A stretch of 52,539 nt of DNA from a virus. Its lineage: Duplodnaviria > Caudoviricetes. Where the stretch lies: IMG/VR virus record IMGVR_UViG_3300020179_000046, positions 1 to 52,539 of that record, one strand, 5' to 3'. The notes beneath the pieces were generated by a model. That model did no database searches and was not told the origin of the DNA. It saw only the letters and a list, made by a program, of their open reading frames with translations. Made by a program: the position numbers and the translations under genes. Positions 6,891-21,000 of the stretch are shown here, piece after piece (positions within the stretch are counted from its first letter, which is position 1; every line of letters begins with the position of its first letter).

Positions 6891-9008
6891 ATGGAATTAC
6901 CAATAGTTTCTGCCCTAGAATTTGAACAGATAAGAAGTTCAATCAAAAATTATATTAAAACAAAGACAGATTTTAAAGATTATGACTTTGAGGGGTCTAA
7001 CCTGTCTATGTTGATTGATATATTAACATATAATACAATGTATACTTCATACAATGTAAATATGTCTGTAAATGAGTTAAATCTCGATACAGCTGTTCTA
7101 AGAGACAATATTGTTTCCATTGCAAAAAGATTGGGGTATAATCCAAATTCTTATACCTCAGCAAAAATTGAAGTTAACTGTACAGTCGTCAATGATAATA
7201 ATTTTGATTCTATAAAAATAAAACCAGGTGTTTTATTTGTAGCATCTGCAAACGGAAAAAATTATAAATTTGTAGTTAGAGATACTGTAGAACTAGACAG
7301 CAGAGGAAAATCTAGTGTAACTTTTGAAAACTTAGAACTTATAGAAGGCACAGATTTTTCAATTACATATACTGTAGATACATCAAACGAACATCAAAGA
7401 TTTTTTGTTCCTAATAGTTTTGTTGATTCGGATACAATTAGAGCATTTGTTATAGCAGATCCATCAACAAATATTGAGGAAGAATATGAAAGGAAAAATA
7501 CCATAGTTGATGTAACTGCAGAAAGTAAAATTTTCTTTGTGGAAGAAGTTCAAGACCAAAAATATGAAATTATTTTTGGAGATGATACATTTGGCAGAAA
7601 ACTTAAAAATGGGGAGGTAATTAGACTCCAGTACATTGTTTCTGGTGGTTCTCAAGCAAATGGTATAAAAATATTTGATTTTGTTGGTCAAATATATGGA
7701 ACAAGATTCTCTCCAACCCCAATTGAAAATTTAATTATGCTTTCAAATATTTCATATAAAATAAATTCGGAGTTTTCTGACGGAGGTTCTGAATTTGAAA
7801 GCATTAGATCAATAAAATATGCCGCTCCAAGATATTATGCATCACAGGAAAGAGCAGTTACATTGACGGACTATGACACTATCATAAGACAAATATACTC
7901 AAATGCAGACTTAATTAATGTTGTAGGTGGAGAATCTTTATCACCACCAAGATTTGGCCAAGTTTTTATTTACATAAAACCCGTTGTTGGCGAAAATGTA
8001 AGTTTTGGTCAGAAGCAAAAAATTAAAAATGAACTTAAAAAATACAAAGTTGGTTCAATTACTACTCAGATAATTGATAAAGATAATGCAGATGTTCATC
8101 TAACCATTAAAATTCATTATGATTCAACAAAAACTAGAAAAACTATATCTGAGCTTCAATCTTTAATAAGTAATGTTATATTACTCTATGCAAAAGAAAA
8201 AGAGTTTGATAAATTTGGTGGACTATATTCAAATTCAGAATTAATTTGTAAAATTAAAGATATTGATAAATCAATACAGTTTGTAACAATTTTAGTATAT
8301 TTACAAAAAACTGTTGAGGTATTTTCAAATCAAGAACACAAATATTTTGTGGACTTTTTCACTAAATTAAAAACAAAAACTATATCAGAATATTATGTAA
8401 TTTCGGAACCTTTTTGTGCAGTAGGATATTCTACTCCAGTTTATCTTGCAGCAGTTGGAAATTGTGATTACACGGGAGATTTAAATCTATATTCACTAGA
8501 TCGTAGATTAATAACTCCTAAAGTTGGAAAAGTAAATCCACAGACAGGAGAAATTGAATTTACAATGAATATGTGTCAAACTACTCCAATAAATATTGCA
8601 GTTATACCAGATGTGATTGAAATTCGGTTTGGGCCCGCAACAACTCCTACATTAATTCTTGATAATATTGAGTTGACGGATAAAGATTATGAGGAAACAT
8701 TAAATCCAGACAATAATACATTACCAATAGATAGAATACTACTAACACCAGCTCACGGCGATAAAAGAGCTACAAATATTGGAATTGGAACTGATTTAAT
8801 TGTTATTGATAGAAATGGCAATCCATATGTAATTCCAAAACCTATCTCAACTAGCCCTGGTGGAGCTACGCCAATTAGATTACCATCTCCAACATTACCA
8901 CCAATTAATCCTCAAGATCCTGATGACCCAACTGGCGGCACTGATCCCAATGATATTACAGATATTGATAACTTTATTCCAGAAACAGATCCTACGGCTT
9001 GCTCATGA
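6891..9008 (+). CDS. gp6: baseplate wedge subunit gp6
   Basis: DYDFEGSNLSMLIDIL.YNT, LDTAVLRDNIVSIAKRLGY, YEIIFGD..FGRKL, SIKYAAPRYYASQERAVT..DY. Confidence 0.93.
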   Translation: MELPIVSALEFEQIRSSIKNYIKTKTDFKDYDFEGSNLSMLIDILTYNTMYTSYNVNMSVNELNLDTAVLRDNIVSIAKRLGYNPNSYTSAKIEVNCTVVNDNNFDSIKIKPGVLFVASANGKNYKFVVRDTVELDSRGKSSVTFENLELIEGTDFSITYTVDTSNEHQRFFVPNSFVDSDTIRAFVIADPSTNIEEEYERKNTIVDVTAESKIFFVEEVQDQKYEIIFGDDTFGRKLKNGEVIRLQYIVSGGSQANGIKIFDFVGQIYGTRFSPTPIENLIMLSNISYKINSEFSDGGSEFESIRSIKYAAPRYYASQERAVTLTDYDTIIRQIYSNADLINVVGGESLSPPRFGQVFIYIKPVVGENVSFGQKQKIKNELKKYKVGSITTQIIDKDNADVHLTIKIHYDSTKTRKTISELQSLISNVILLYAKEKEFDKFGGLYSNSELICKIKDIDKSIQFVTILVYLQKTVEVFSNQEHKYFVDFFTKLKTKTISEYYVISEPFCAVGYSTPVYLAAVGNCDYTGDLNLYSLDRRLITPKVGKVNPQTGEIEFTMNMCQTTPINIAVIPDVIEIRFGPATTPTLILDNIELTDKDYEETLNPDNNTLPIDRILLTPAHGDKRATNIGIGTDLIVIDRNGNPYVIPKPISTSPGGATPIRLPSPTLPPINPQDPDDPTGGTDPNDITDIDNFIPETDPTACS

Positions 9009-12000
9009 GATACTTAGAAGAAAAAAAATCAAATATCTCAATTCTTATTGAGAATCAATTTCCAAGCTTTGTTCAGCAGAACAATCCACAATTTCTTAAA
9101 TTTTTATCATCATATTATGAATCTCTGGAAACTAAGTATCAACCACTTGATATTGCATCAAATTTAATTGATTATTACAATATCTCCTACTACAAACCAA
9201 ATACTTTAATTAAAGAAACAAAATTAACTTCTATTTTATTAGCAAATTCGACTATAATTCCGGCAGAAGATACTACAGGATTTCCTATAGAAAACGGATA
9301 TATTAAAATTGATGATGAAATTATTTTTTACAAATCTATCACTGCAAACTCATTTGTTGATTGTGTAAGAGGAACTTCTGCTTTAATATTAGAAAATATT
9401 CCTAAATCAGAAGTTGTACTAACAAAAAGTAATTCAGAGGAACATGAATTAGGATCTGCAATTAAAAATATTGCATATGATTATTCATCGGAATTTTTTA
9501 AAAGAATTAAATCTGAATTAGCACCATTAATTACAGAAAATGTAGTAGAAGAATTAGATTTTGCACAATTTTTAAAAAATATTAAATCTTTTTATTCGGC
9601 CAAAGGTAGTCTAAATGGTCATAGAATTATATTTAAAATTCTTTTTAATGACAAAAAATATAATATTCTTTTAAAACCACGAGGATCCGGCGCAAAATTA
9701 AAAATTAATAATTATAATAAATATATTCCTAAGAATCCACCGCCTCAAATTGTTAATGGTGGAAGTAACTATGATTTTAGAAAAGATCCTAATACTAATG
9801 AATTTCTTAATTCTCCCATAATTGATATTTTGGGAAGTGGCACGGGAGCTGTAAATAATAATGGACTTAGACCAAATAAAACAGCAATTGTAAAAGTAAC
9901 TGGAATTAATACTAATGGAACAATTACATCAGTTGAAGTAGTTGACCAAGGAGAAGAATATATTGGTCCAATAAGATCCAAAGTTCGTCCAAGATCTTTT
10001 TATCAAGATCAAAAAGTATATAATAATACTGGTACTGGATATGGAAAAGTAGAATTTTGGGATGGTTTTAAAAATGAACTTATTTTGTATGATGTAGTAG
10101 GATTTTTTAAATCTGATGATGAAATTATAGGAATTGATGGAGAATCTCCAAGAGCGTTTATATCTAGAGCTTTTATTGGCACCACTTCTATTAGAAGTGG
10201 TGTGGAAACAATTCCAGAAGTACAAAATATTGAGTTTCCTAGAGAATATACATTTAGAACTTCAGACTCACAACACATTGAGAAGAAAATTCTCAAATGC
10301 AAATTAATGCGTGGTAAAGATATTATAACCAAAGGCAAACTACCTCAGACATTGACTTTAAGACAAGATAAGGATATTTTGTTTGGAGTTGAGGGCACTG
10401 ATTTAGAAGTTGATAATATCATTTCACTCAGAGATAATACATATGAATTTGAAGTTTCAGCAAATACAAATTTATCAAAACTATATTTACCACCATCTAC
10501 AGAAATTACCATAAACTCTTCTTATTCTGGATCTAATTTTATTGTTACTGTAGATGATGCAAGTAGATTTCCAGTTACAAATGGTATCTTATATGTAAAT
10601 GGAGTATTAATTGAATATGCTCATAGATCAATAGATCAATTTTTTGATTGCAATTATTATTTTGGTACTAACTTATCTGTGGGAATTGGAGATGAGGTAA
10701 TATCTTGGGGTAGAAAAAAATATACTATAAAGTGGAATATTAATGAAACTATTAATCAGGGTGAATTTAGATATTATAAAGATAATCTGTATAAAGCAAC
10801 TTCTTCTGGTATTACTAGTTCTATTAATGGACCTACGCACACATCTGGTGTAAAAAGAGATGGTAGGTATGCCGATGGAAATCCAAATCCAGTAAAATGG
10901 CAATATATTGGTAAAAATACTCTTAAACACACTTTATATGATATAGTAACCGATACAGAATTTGAATTTATTGCTGTTCCTGGAAATATTGTAATTGTTG
11001 ATGGCGGATCGTTACATACACAACAACAATATGAATTTGCTAATGTAGATTCTCCCAATCAACAGATGTATAATTTTACATCTAAAGAAATTTCTGACAG
11101 ACTTGGTGTTGTTCTATCAGGAAATTATAATAGAGGATATAACACAGTTACAGATTCAAGATTGCCGTCATTTGGTTCATTGTCAGGATTTAATTCTTCT
11201 CACGATTTTGAAGACTACATTTATGTTGCAACTAGTGCTATTCCTAGATGGTGGAATGAAATTGTTGATCTAACTCAAGTAACTTTAAATTCTGAAGATC
11301 TAAAAAAAGTATCTTTTACAAATCAAAAATTAATTACTAGATATCGAAAAAGCACCTTAGTTAATGAAACTAGAGTTGGTACTGATTTATATCCAACTAA
11401 AAAATCTATCGCTGTCAATGCGGATGCAATTCAAGTAAATTCCTATAAAGGAAATACCATAAACTATGGCAAAATTAATAACTTCACTATTGCAAAGAAC
11501 GGTGATTATAAAGTAGTTTTTAGAAAACTCCCCAACTCTTCATTTGTATTTGATTTTTCTAAATTTCCATCATTTACAATAAAGTCTAAAGGTCTTTCTG
11601 ATTCTAGTGTAAACGGACTTGTGAGAATATCTTCTAACTTACATAGTATTAATTTCAATGCATTGGCCGAAAAATGGAAAAATACTGGATATTTAACTGG
11701 GTTTACAACAAAACCAGTGATTGAAATAATTAATAACAACCCAACAAAATCTGCAGTTATATCTAAAACTAATTTAAATTTTAATACAAATACATTTACA
11801 ATAACATATTCTAGTTCATCAAATCTTGAATTCAAAACAGCGGACAAAGTTACATACTTTACTCCACTTAGCACCACAAATCCAATAATTCAATTAACAA
11901 ATATAATACCAACATTAGTTGATCAATCTGAGTATTATCTATTTGTTGTATCGACATCTTCGGGAGTATACCCAAAAACAGTCACATATTCTATACACAA

Positions 12001-15000
12001 AACAAAAAGTGAAGCAATTCTTGGATCTAATAAAATTCAATTAAGTGTACAAAATCCTTTACCTGATTTTAATTTTTCTTTACTTGGAGAGAGTTTAAAT
12101 CCAATTGATTTTAAATCTGCAGAATTAGATTTAAGTTATAATGAAGATACGAAACAACTTGATAATATTATTATTAGAGATTCTGGTAGTGGTTATGTAG
12201 AAGCACCAACTATTAGAATTGTTGGCGGCGGCAAATCTAGTCTTCCTCAAGATGCAATTATTATTCCATATGAAATTGATGGTGTTGAAATTATTGAAAT
12301 GAGGGGTCCTCTAGTATCATATACAAATTATGATAAAAATAATTCTTATGAAATTGATTCTTTGATCAGTGACAATAACTCTTATGAAATTACTCCAGAG
12401 ATTGTTGTTGATGCAGGATCTGATGCTGAAGCGGTTGCTTATGTTTCAAACGGCAAAATTAATTCAGTAATTCCAACTAATGGTGGCAAAAATTATTTTA
12501 CTGTGCCAACCGTGCGATTAACAGGGTCTGGTGGATCTGGTACGGATGCAGTTGTACATGCAAAAATTAATAATGGCAATATTACGGATTTTGTTATTGT
12601 CAATCCCGGCAGAGATTATATAATTCCAATCACTGTAGAGATTATCCCTGCAGGATCTGGAGCAGTTGTTACTGCAAGATTAAATGAATGGACATTTAAC
12701 TTAGTTCAAAGATTAGAAACTATTGGTAGAATTGATAGTTTTGGTGGATATGTGTACAATAAATCTGATTATAAAATAACTTCTTCATCCGATCTATATA
12801 ATCCATCTAAATTTGTTCATATAATTCCCGACAATGACTTAGCACCTGGAATTACTAATGCACAATACTTATTACTAAAATCTTCTAAAAAATTATTAGC
12901 AAAATATACTTTAGAACAAAGAAGTGGTTTATTATCAAAAATTTACCCAAATGTTAATTTTACCTATCAAACCTCTCAAGGAATAACTGATTTACTGAAT
13001 ACTACAGTACATTCTCCAGTAATAGCTGTTGCATATGATGGTGTTCCTGTCTATGGCAACAGAGGATATTCTATTAGATATGATGCCAGCAGTACAGTAA
13101 CTGAGATTCCATCCAGATATAAATTAAAGTATAGCACAATTAATTCTACTGGCAGCATTTCAATAGTTGTGAATGGGACAACTTACTATGTAAACAGACC
13201 AGGTGGACCACTTATTTCACAATATCCAATCGGTAGTTTTATTGAAGACTATGTATTTGAAGCAGGTGACTCTCATAGCTTAGACAAATACAATGGAAGA
13301 TTCTGCGTAACACCAGAATTTCCTGATGGAAGATATTGTTATTTTACGACGACCAGTTCTTTTGATGCGGTGACAAATGGTATTATTCAACAATCAAATG
13401 TAAACTTTAATGGATTTCCATATTTTGTAGGAAATGGTTTTGCATCCATTCCAGACACTTATACAAATAACTTTTGCAGAACAAACGATAAAATTCCAAA
13501 AGCATTTACTAGATCAGTAGATGTAGCAATTCCAAGATCTGACCAACTATATTTTCCTGGACTGCCATCAAACAAAAGATATCCAAAAGAAGATGTAAGT
13601 AATGATAAAACAATTTCTGGATCTTCTTCTTTAACTCCAGGTTCCGTTGATAGTGTAATCATCGAATATCCAGGTAAAAATTACAAAGTTGGTGATAAGT
13701 TAGTTGTAGATAATACTCTTTCCTTTGGTTCTGGGTTTGGAGGATTTGTTTCTAAAATTCATGGTAAAGAAATTTCTACCTTTATTATTGATAATGGAAA
13801 AATAACAGTATTTACCAGTCAACCTTCTGAATTGTCTATTAATGATTTTGTATATTTTGATTATACAACTCCATCAAATCCAGTAGTTATTAATTTTCAC
13901 GATTCTAATTTCTTACCAATTAGTAGCAAACTTATTGAGTCTCAATCAATTTCTGCTCAACTTAGTAGCACAAATTATTCAAACAAAAGATTTTATTCAT
14001 TGTCGTTGAATAAAAAATTTAAGTATAAGTTCAATATACCAAATTTACCATATTCATTTACTTATGATATTGATAAATTAAATGAGTACTTTGTAATTGA
14101 AGAAAATAACAATTCTGATCCTGCAGCTATAATTTTTGATGCATCTAAGTTGCCAACTACTTTGTATTTGCATATTGGAAATTATATTTACGAAATTACT
14201 ACATCAATTCAATTTTCATCACAATATAGAGTTAGTTCAATCAATGTTGCAAGTAAATCATTTACATGTAATATTTTTGAGGATGTATCTACGTTTGAAA
14301 CTAGTAATATTAAATATATAACTAATTCTATTAATCCAAACGGATCTATTGCTGAAATTTCTGTATCAAATGGCGGTTATAATTACAGAAATTTGCCTAG
14401 TGTTACAGTTGATTCTAAAACTGGTTCTGGTGCAATTGTTCAATTAGATTCAACTACAATAGGTAAAATTAGAAACATTAAGTATTTAACTGCAGGCGGA
14501 GGGTTCACATCCAACTTAAATGTTAATTATTACCTAAATTTACCATCAACTGCAAAAATTATTAATAATTTTGAAATTTATGAAGTTGAAGTTATTGCTG
14601 GAGGAAATTATTACAAGGACAAACTTGAATTATTAGTTGATGGAAAATCTAATCTTGCTAAATTTAAAATAAATGTTCAAATAGGTGTAATTACTAGTAT
14701 TGAAATTCTTGATGGCGGTTCTAATTTTGAAACTGTTCCAGAATTACAACTCGTTAGTACTACTGGAGTTGGTGCAATTCTCAAAGCAAAAATTAGGAGA
14801 AAGAAACTTTTTTCTGGCGAATTTCTTACTGCAAAAGAAAATTCAATATTGTTCCCAGTTAAAGAAATTAGAGCTAAAACTTTGTCATTCAATGAATTAA
14901 ATTCTACATTTGAATTTGAACAAAATATTGGTGAGTTTAAAAATGGAGATCTTCTGTACACATCTGATGGTAAAAAATATGGTAGGATTACTAAAATTCG

Positions 15001-18000
15001 TAGGTCCGTAGCATATGCTAAAGTTAATCCCTATATTAACTTAGAATCATCAAAACTTGATATCACTGGGAATACAAGTGAATCTTTACAAAAAATTACA
15101 GATAATATAGTTTATCAAAATTGGTCTTATATCCTTTCTTCTTCTAGAGACACTAAAGACTGGAGAGATCAGATTACGGTAAATACACATCCAGCCGGAC
15201 ATAAGTTATTTGGTAAAAAAATAATTGATAGAAGAAAATCTTTCTTTGATAATCCAGATGATGTATTTAAAACTAATGTAATTTTTACTGCTAATTTAAT
15301 AAATAAAATTCTGTTAAAAGTAAAATTAACCCCGTGTAAAGATCAAGTTATTTCCATTATAAATCCAGGAAATTTTTCTATTGGTGATTACGTATTTGGA
15401 TCTATATCAGAATCTATTGGTAGAATTGAAGAAATAACAGAATATTCATTAAAATTATCTCTACTTTCAGATACTAGATTTAAAATTGGTGAATTTATTA
15501 TAAAAGTTCCAGCCTCATTCTCATTTGGCATAGAATCTGCAACTTCAAAATCGTTTGTATTCTGGAATGGCATTATGCAGCAACCAGAATATAGTTATGA
15601 ATCCGCATTTAAATATGTAAATAATCTTGGACAACCTTTGACTGTGCCTGTTGTTGATGTATTGATTCCAAAATTTGATTTATTACCAAGTGATGAATTA
15701 CTACATTACAAAGTATCGTCTGCTCTTACAGTATATGATTCGTATACATTAGATCCTAATGATGATATATATTTCCCTTCACTTAAGAAAAAATCTGTTT
15801 CTGTATCGGGTAATTTTTTAAACCAAACTATCATATCTGTTGGAGGTGCAGTTCAGAACCCATCAGATTTTCAAGTAAATGTTAATGAAAAATATATAAA
15901 ATTAAATGATAAACCAAATTCTACCGCAACAGTATTTGCGATTGGCGGCGAAAATTTACACAGACTAATTTTTACTGGTCCTACTTCAGGAACCAAATTT
16001 CAACTTAATCATATTCCAACATCTAATTGTCAATTATTAATATTCTATTCTGGTATTGAACAATCACATCTGCTAACAGATTATTCTGTATCTGGTAATG
16101 AAGTTGTTTTTTCAACAGCTGTTGAGAAAACAAATATTTTTGGTTGGATAAATATTGAACCTGTTGAATGTTTGCAAATAAATGTAAATGATTTATTAAA
16201 AAATAAAATTACTGGTACTTGGAATTGTGATACCAAAAACTTTACTGAGTCTATACATTCTAGTGCAGTAAAAACTCCATCATCTTTATATGAGATTAGG
16301 AAAGAATATTTAGATGGTACTATTTTTCCAGATCCAGACAACACCACGTTGTATGGGTTTGACACCAAATTTACATATACTACACCAGAGTACTCAAGAA
16401 GTTTTGTTGAAGTACTTGATACAATTCAATTTACTGGAGTTGACAAGTCATTCAAACTCACAAGAATCGATGGCAATTCATACACACCAGTTAGAGGTGA
16501 AGGTTCATTAATGGTTTATGTTGATAATGTAGTAGTAGATCCAGATGAGTACTCTGTTACTGGTGACACTATTCTTTTCAACTTAGCATATGCATCAAGT
16601 TCTAAGTGTACAATTATTGATTTTAATAGTACTTATCGTGCTGATTCTATTGGACTTGGCGGCGCTAATCTTGATAGATTAAATGTACAACACAACGGTA
16701 TTAGAAAAAGATTTAATCTCTCCGATAGAGGTGTTCCCCAATATACGAAGAATGTTGGAGATGTATTTGCAATTAGAAATGGTATTCTTCAAAGACCAGA
16801 TCAAAGACATCAAACTATTTCTACCAATAAAATTACATTCAACGATGCTCCAGAATTTATTGATACTACTGACCTAGTTTATTTTAACAGACAGTTATTA
16901 CCATTACCAACTAAGAACGTAGTTCTTGATGATTTCTATTGTTTTGATGGAGTTAGAAAAGACTTCCCTTTAACTTTGGATGGTATTAATTTCTATCCTA
17001 TTAATGTATACAATCTATTTGTTGTTAGAAATGGTGTTTATCAAAAACCTGGAATTGATTTTAGATTAGGCACTCCACTTGATATTAGAGAAGTGCCTGG
17101 TTTAGATAGTTATGAATTAGATGGATCTCATTTGGTGTTTGATTCGGCCCCAGAAAAAACAGATGAAATTATTGTCTTCTATTCATATGATGGATTAAAT
17201 CAAAATCTTAAGTTAGATCCATTCAGATATTTTAATGGTGTACAAAAAACTTTCTCTCTAACTAAAAATTATATTTCAACAACTCCAACATCATCAGATC
17301 ATATTCAGGTCTACAGGAACGGTGTCTATCAGTATTCTGGGTTGGATTATATTGTGGAAACTACGAATGGTGGTCCTAGAATTACGTTTACTACTGCTCC
17401 ACTAGAAACTGATGATATTTTTGTTACTGAGTATAATACATCTACTCGTTTTGTAAATAAAACAATAGATTTTGTTCAAATAAATTCCAATACCATCAAA
17501 AATCAATCAAATGAGTCACTAACAACTTCCGATGTAATTTTAATTTATAAGTCTGGCATTTTAATTACAGATGGTTGGTTGATTGATTATACAAATCAAG
17601 TCATCAATTTTGATGAATCATTTACAATTGACAATAAAACAAGAATATTTGTAGTTAAAAACTGTGAAGGTCAACTTGACAAATTCTTCAAATTTGATGG
17701 TGTTGAGACTACTTTTCCAATCACAAAGAATGTAGTTTCAAAAACTCCACATTCGGAAAATCATATTCAGGTTTACAGGAATGGTGTTTATCAGTATTCT
17801 GGCGTAGATTACAGTGTTTTTTCCACAAATGGTGGTCCTAGAATTACGTTTACTAGTGCTCCTTTGGCATCTGATAACATCTTTATCACTAATTTCCACA
17901 GCACGTCTCACTTTACTGATGCTACATCTGGATTTACACAAATTTCATCAACGAAATTCCAGTATACATCTTCAATTGGTGCGGTCTTCTTATTAATTTT

Positions 18001-21000
18001 TAAAGATGGTATAATTCAACTTGAGGACTCATATACAGTAAGTAACAATACTATTACATTTAGTGAACCAGTAGTATCTCCCAACATTAGAATTTATTTT
18101 ATTGGTAATCAAGTCAAAAAACTTGACAACTTCTATATCATGAATGGAGTTAATAAAGTATTCCCGCTATCTTATTTCTCTGAGTCAATCACTACAGATA
18201 ATATTTTAGTTTACAGAAACGGTGTTTATCAATATCCCATATTAGACTATAACGTATCCTTCAATACGTATGGCAACAAATTAATTAGCTTTATTACTGC
18301 TCCTAATGAGACTGAAAATATTTTTATTGTAGAGGCAACAAATACAACCAACTTTGAAGACATTACAAATAATTTTGTTCAGGATAACTCAACAACCTTA
18401 GGTAATATTACAACTCTAAATCAATCTAAAATTTTACTAGTTTATAATCAAGGAATTTTACAAAATTCAAATTCATATTCATATAATTACATCACAAACA
18501 AGTTACAATTTACTGAAACATTTGCATTAAATTCGTCAGTCAGAATTTATGCAGTTAAAAAAATTGTATCTTCCCCAACAACTGTTCCAACTGGAATTCT
18601 TGATAATGTATATAAAGTTGATGGAACAACAACAACTTTTCCACTAACAATAAATAATTCCTCATTCACAGTATCAGCTGAACAAGGAATCGGTTGGCCA
18701 AAAGCTCAAGTTATTAGAAACGGTGTATTCCAAACTCAAGGGTATTATACAACCAACACCAACGGTGGTCCAAGAATTATTTTTGATGATGCCCCCATCC
18801 AATCTGAAGATATTTTTGTAACTGCATTTGCAGCAAATCAATTTGTTGAATTGATATCCAATCCTACCACTGGATTAACTGAGACTAGTTCAACCGTAAT
18901 TACATACAACGGAACCAGAAATCTTTCTGCCGGTGTAGTTTTAATTTTTAGAGAAGGTATTCTTCAAAAACGTGGTACATACACTCAAATTGGAAATGTA
19001 TTTACTTTCAGTGAATCGATAACTCTTGCAAATACTAAATTCTATCACTTAGAAAATACTACTGTAATCGATTCTCCATATTTTAAAAATGGTGTAACTA
19101 ATACTTTCCCATTAACTAAAAATAACCAATCTATATCTTCTTCAACTGTAAATGAAACTTTAGTCTACAGAAATGGTGTCTATCAGTACTATGGTGTTGA
19201 TTATGTAATTACAGCTGCAAATGGCGGGCCTAGAATTACATTCACCACATCACCCCAGTCAACCGAACCAGTATTTATTCATAATTTTACTAATCAAACT
19301 GGATTTAAGAATTTAACACCACAATTTACGGTAATCACTCCAACAACATATCAGTACAGTGGAATTATTACTAGCGAACCACTATTGGTATTCGTTGGTG
19401 GTATTATGCAAGTTCGTGATTCTTGGTCATTTAATTTAAGCACCAAGACAATTACATTTACAGAAATTCCAAATGGAACTGTAAATATTTTCCAGATCCA
19501 AAATTGTCCAATTCTTGTAAATCAAATTGTAACATCTGCAAAACAAACTAGATATCAATTGAAAAATGGAAGAAAAAATCACTTCCCGGCATCTGCAGAA
19601 TCATTATTTGTATGTGTTGATGGAATTGTTCAACAACCAAATGTTTCTTACGCCGTTGTTGGTTCCGAGTTAGTATTCATTAATGATATATTAACTACAG
19701 GAGTTCCACTAATAGTGATTGATGCGTCTGCTGCTGGGTTGAGATGTTTAGACGATATTGAAACAGCATGGGAGATTGGAGATAAAAAGTATCTCAGAAC
19801 ACTCCAAAACTACCAGAGTGTCAATGATTCACAAATATTGTTAACAATTAATGGAATTGTTCAAGATCCTAACTTCTATTCCGTTAACAATTATGTAATG
19901 ACTATTTTTGATCAACCAGAGAATCCATGGAGCGTCATTGAAATTTTCAATGCAACTCAATCTGGATTTGTAAGACTTGATAATCTCGGTTCAATGAGAT
20001 CTATCACGAATAAGTATAAAGAAATGGTGATGTTTGATAACTATTGGACTATTTCTTCATCTGCAACTTCATTGGTAGTGAATGCTGATGGAGTAGTTCA
20101 AAATCCAAAAATAAGTTATGAGACAAATGGAACTCTGATTAGATTTAATTCACCAACAATAAATCTAGACAATGTTGAAGTTATTAACGTGACGAGTGGT
20201 TCTCTAAGAATCCTTGATAAGTTGTCTGATCTTTCTAATGAATATGTTGATTCTCAAGGTCTAATTCACACGGAGTTTGTGATTAGAAATAGCTACACTG
20301 AACTTACCACATCAACTGGGGCCCTAGTTGTTTATGGATCTATTGTACAAAAACCAGGAGTTGATTATGTAATTCACAACAATCCACTTAAGACATTTAA
20401 AATTATTACCGAATATGGTGTAGATCTAAGTCAATTAAAGATTTATGACGTATCTAAGACTTCATACGAATTGATTGATAATCTAGATTCATTAATTTAT
20501 TCATCTGGTGATAATTACACTCTTAGAATTACAAATAAGTATCAAACAATTTCTGGATTGTATGCTGAAAATACTTTAGTTCAAATAAACGGTATCGTAC
20601 AGAATGTTTCATCGTACAATATTATTAATTCTACAATAACATTAATTGGTTTAAACTATAAAACGGCCAAAGTTTATAATTTATCTGGTGCAAATTTGAG
20701 ACTGATTGATAATCTATCAGAAGATTTTTCAACCCCAACATTTAAATTGACTCAAAATTATAGTACATTTACTCCAAGCAATCTGGTAGATATCTTTTTA
20801 CTCAGAGATTCTGTATTGCAAAATCCAACTGAAGATTATATTGCAGGATCTGGATATATTACATTTACATCAAATATTCAAAAATCTACAGATATATTCA
20901 TTTTATATACACACAACTCACAAGAGATCATTCCAATATTGGCCATTCCATATACAATCTGTACTACGGAAGATACCTATACTCTTCCATATGCAATTCC

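Noticed and set aside
17300-17862. Similar ~100-nt pair in gp7 as a possible DGR template/variable repeat
   Set aside because: Both copies are in-frame coding, differences are mostly third-position and not adenine-specific, and no reverse transcriptase is present in the window.
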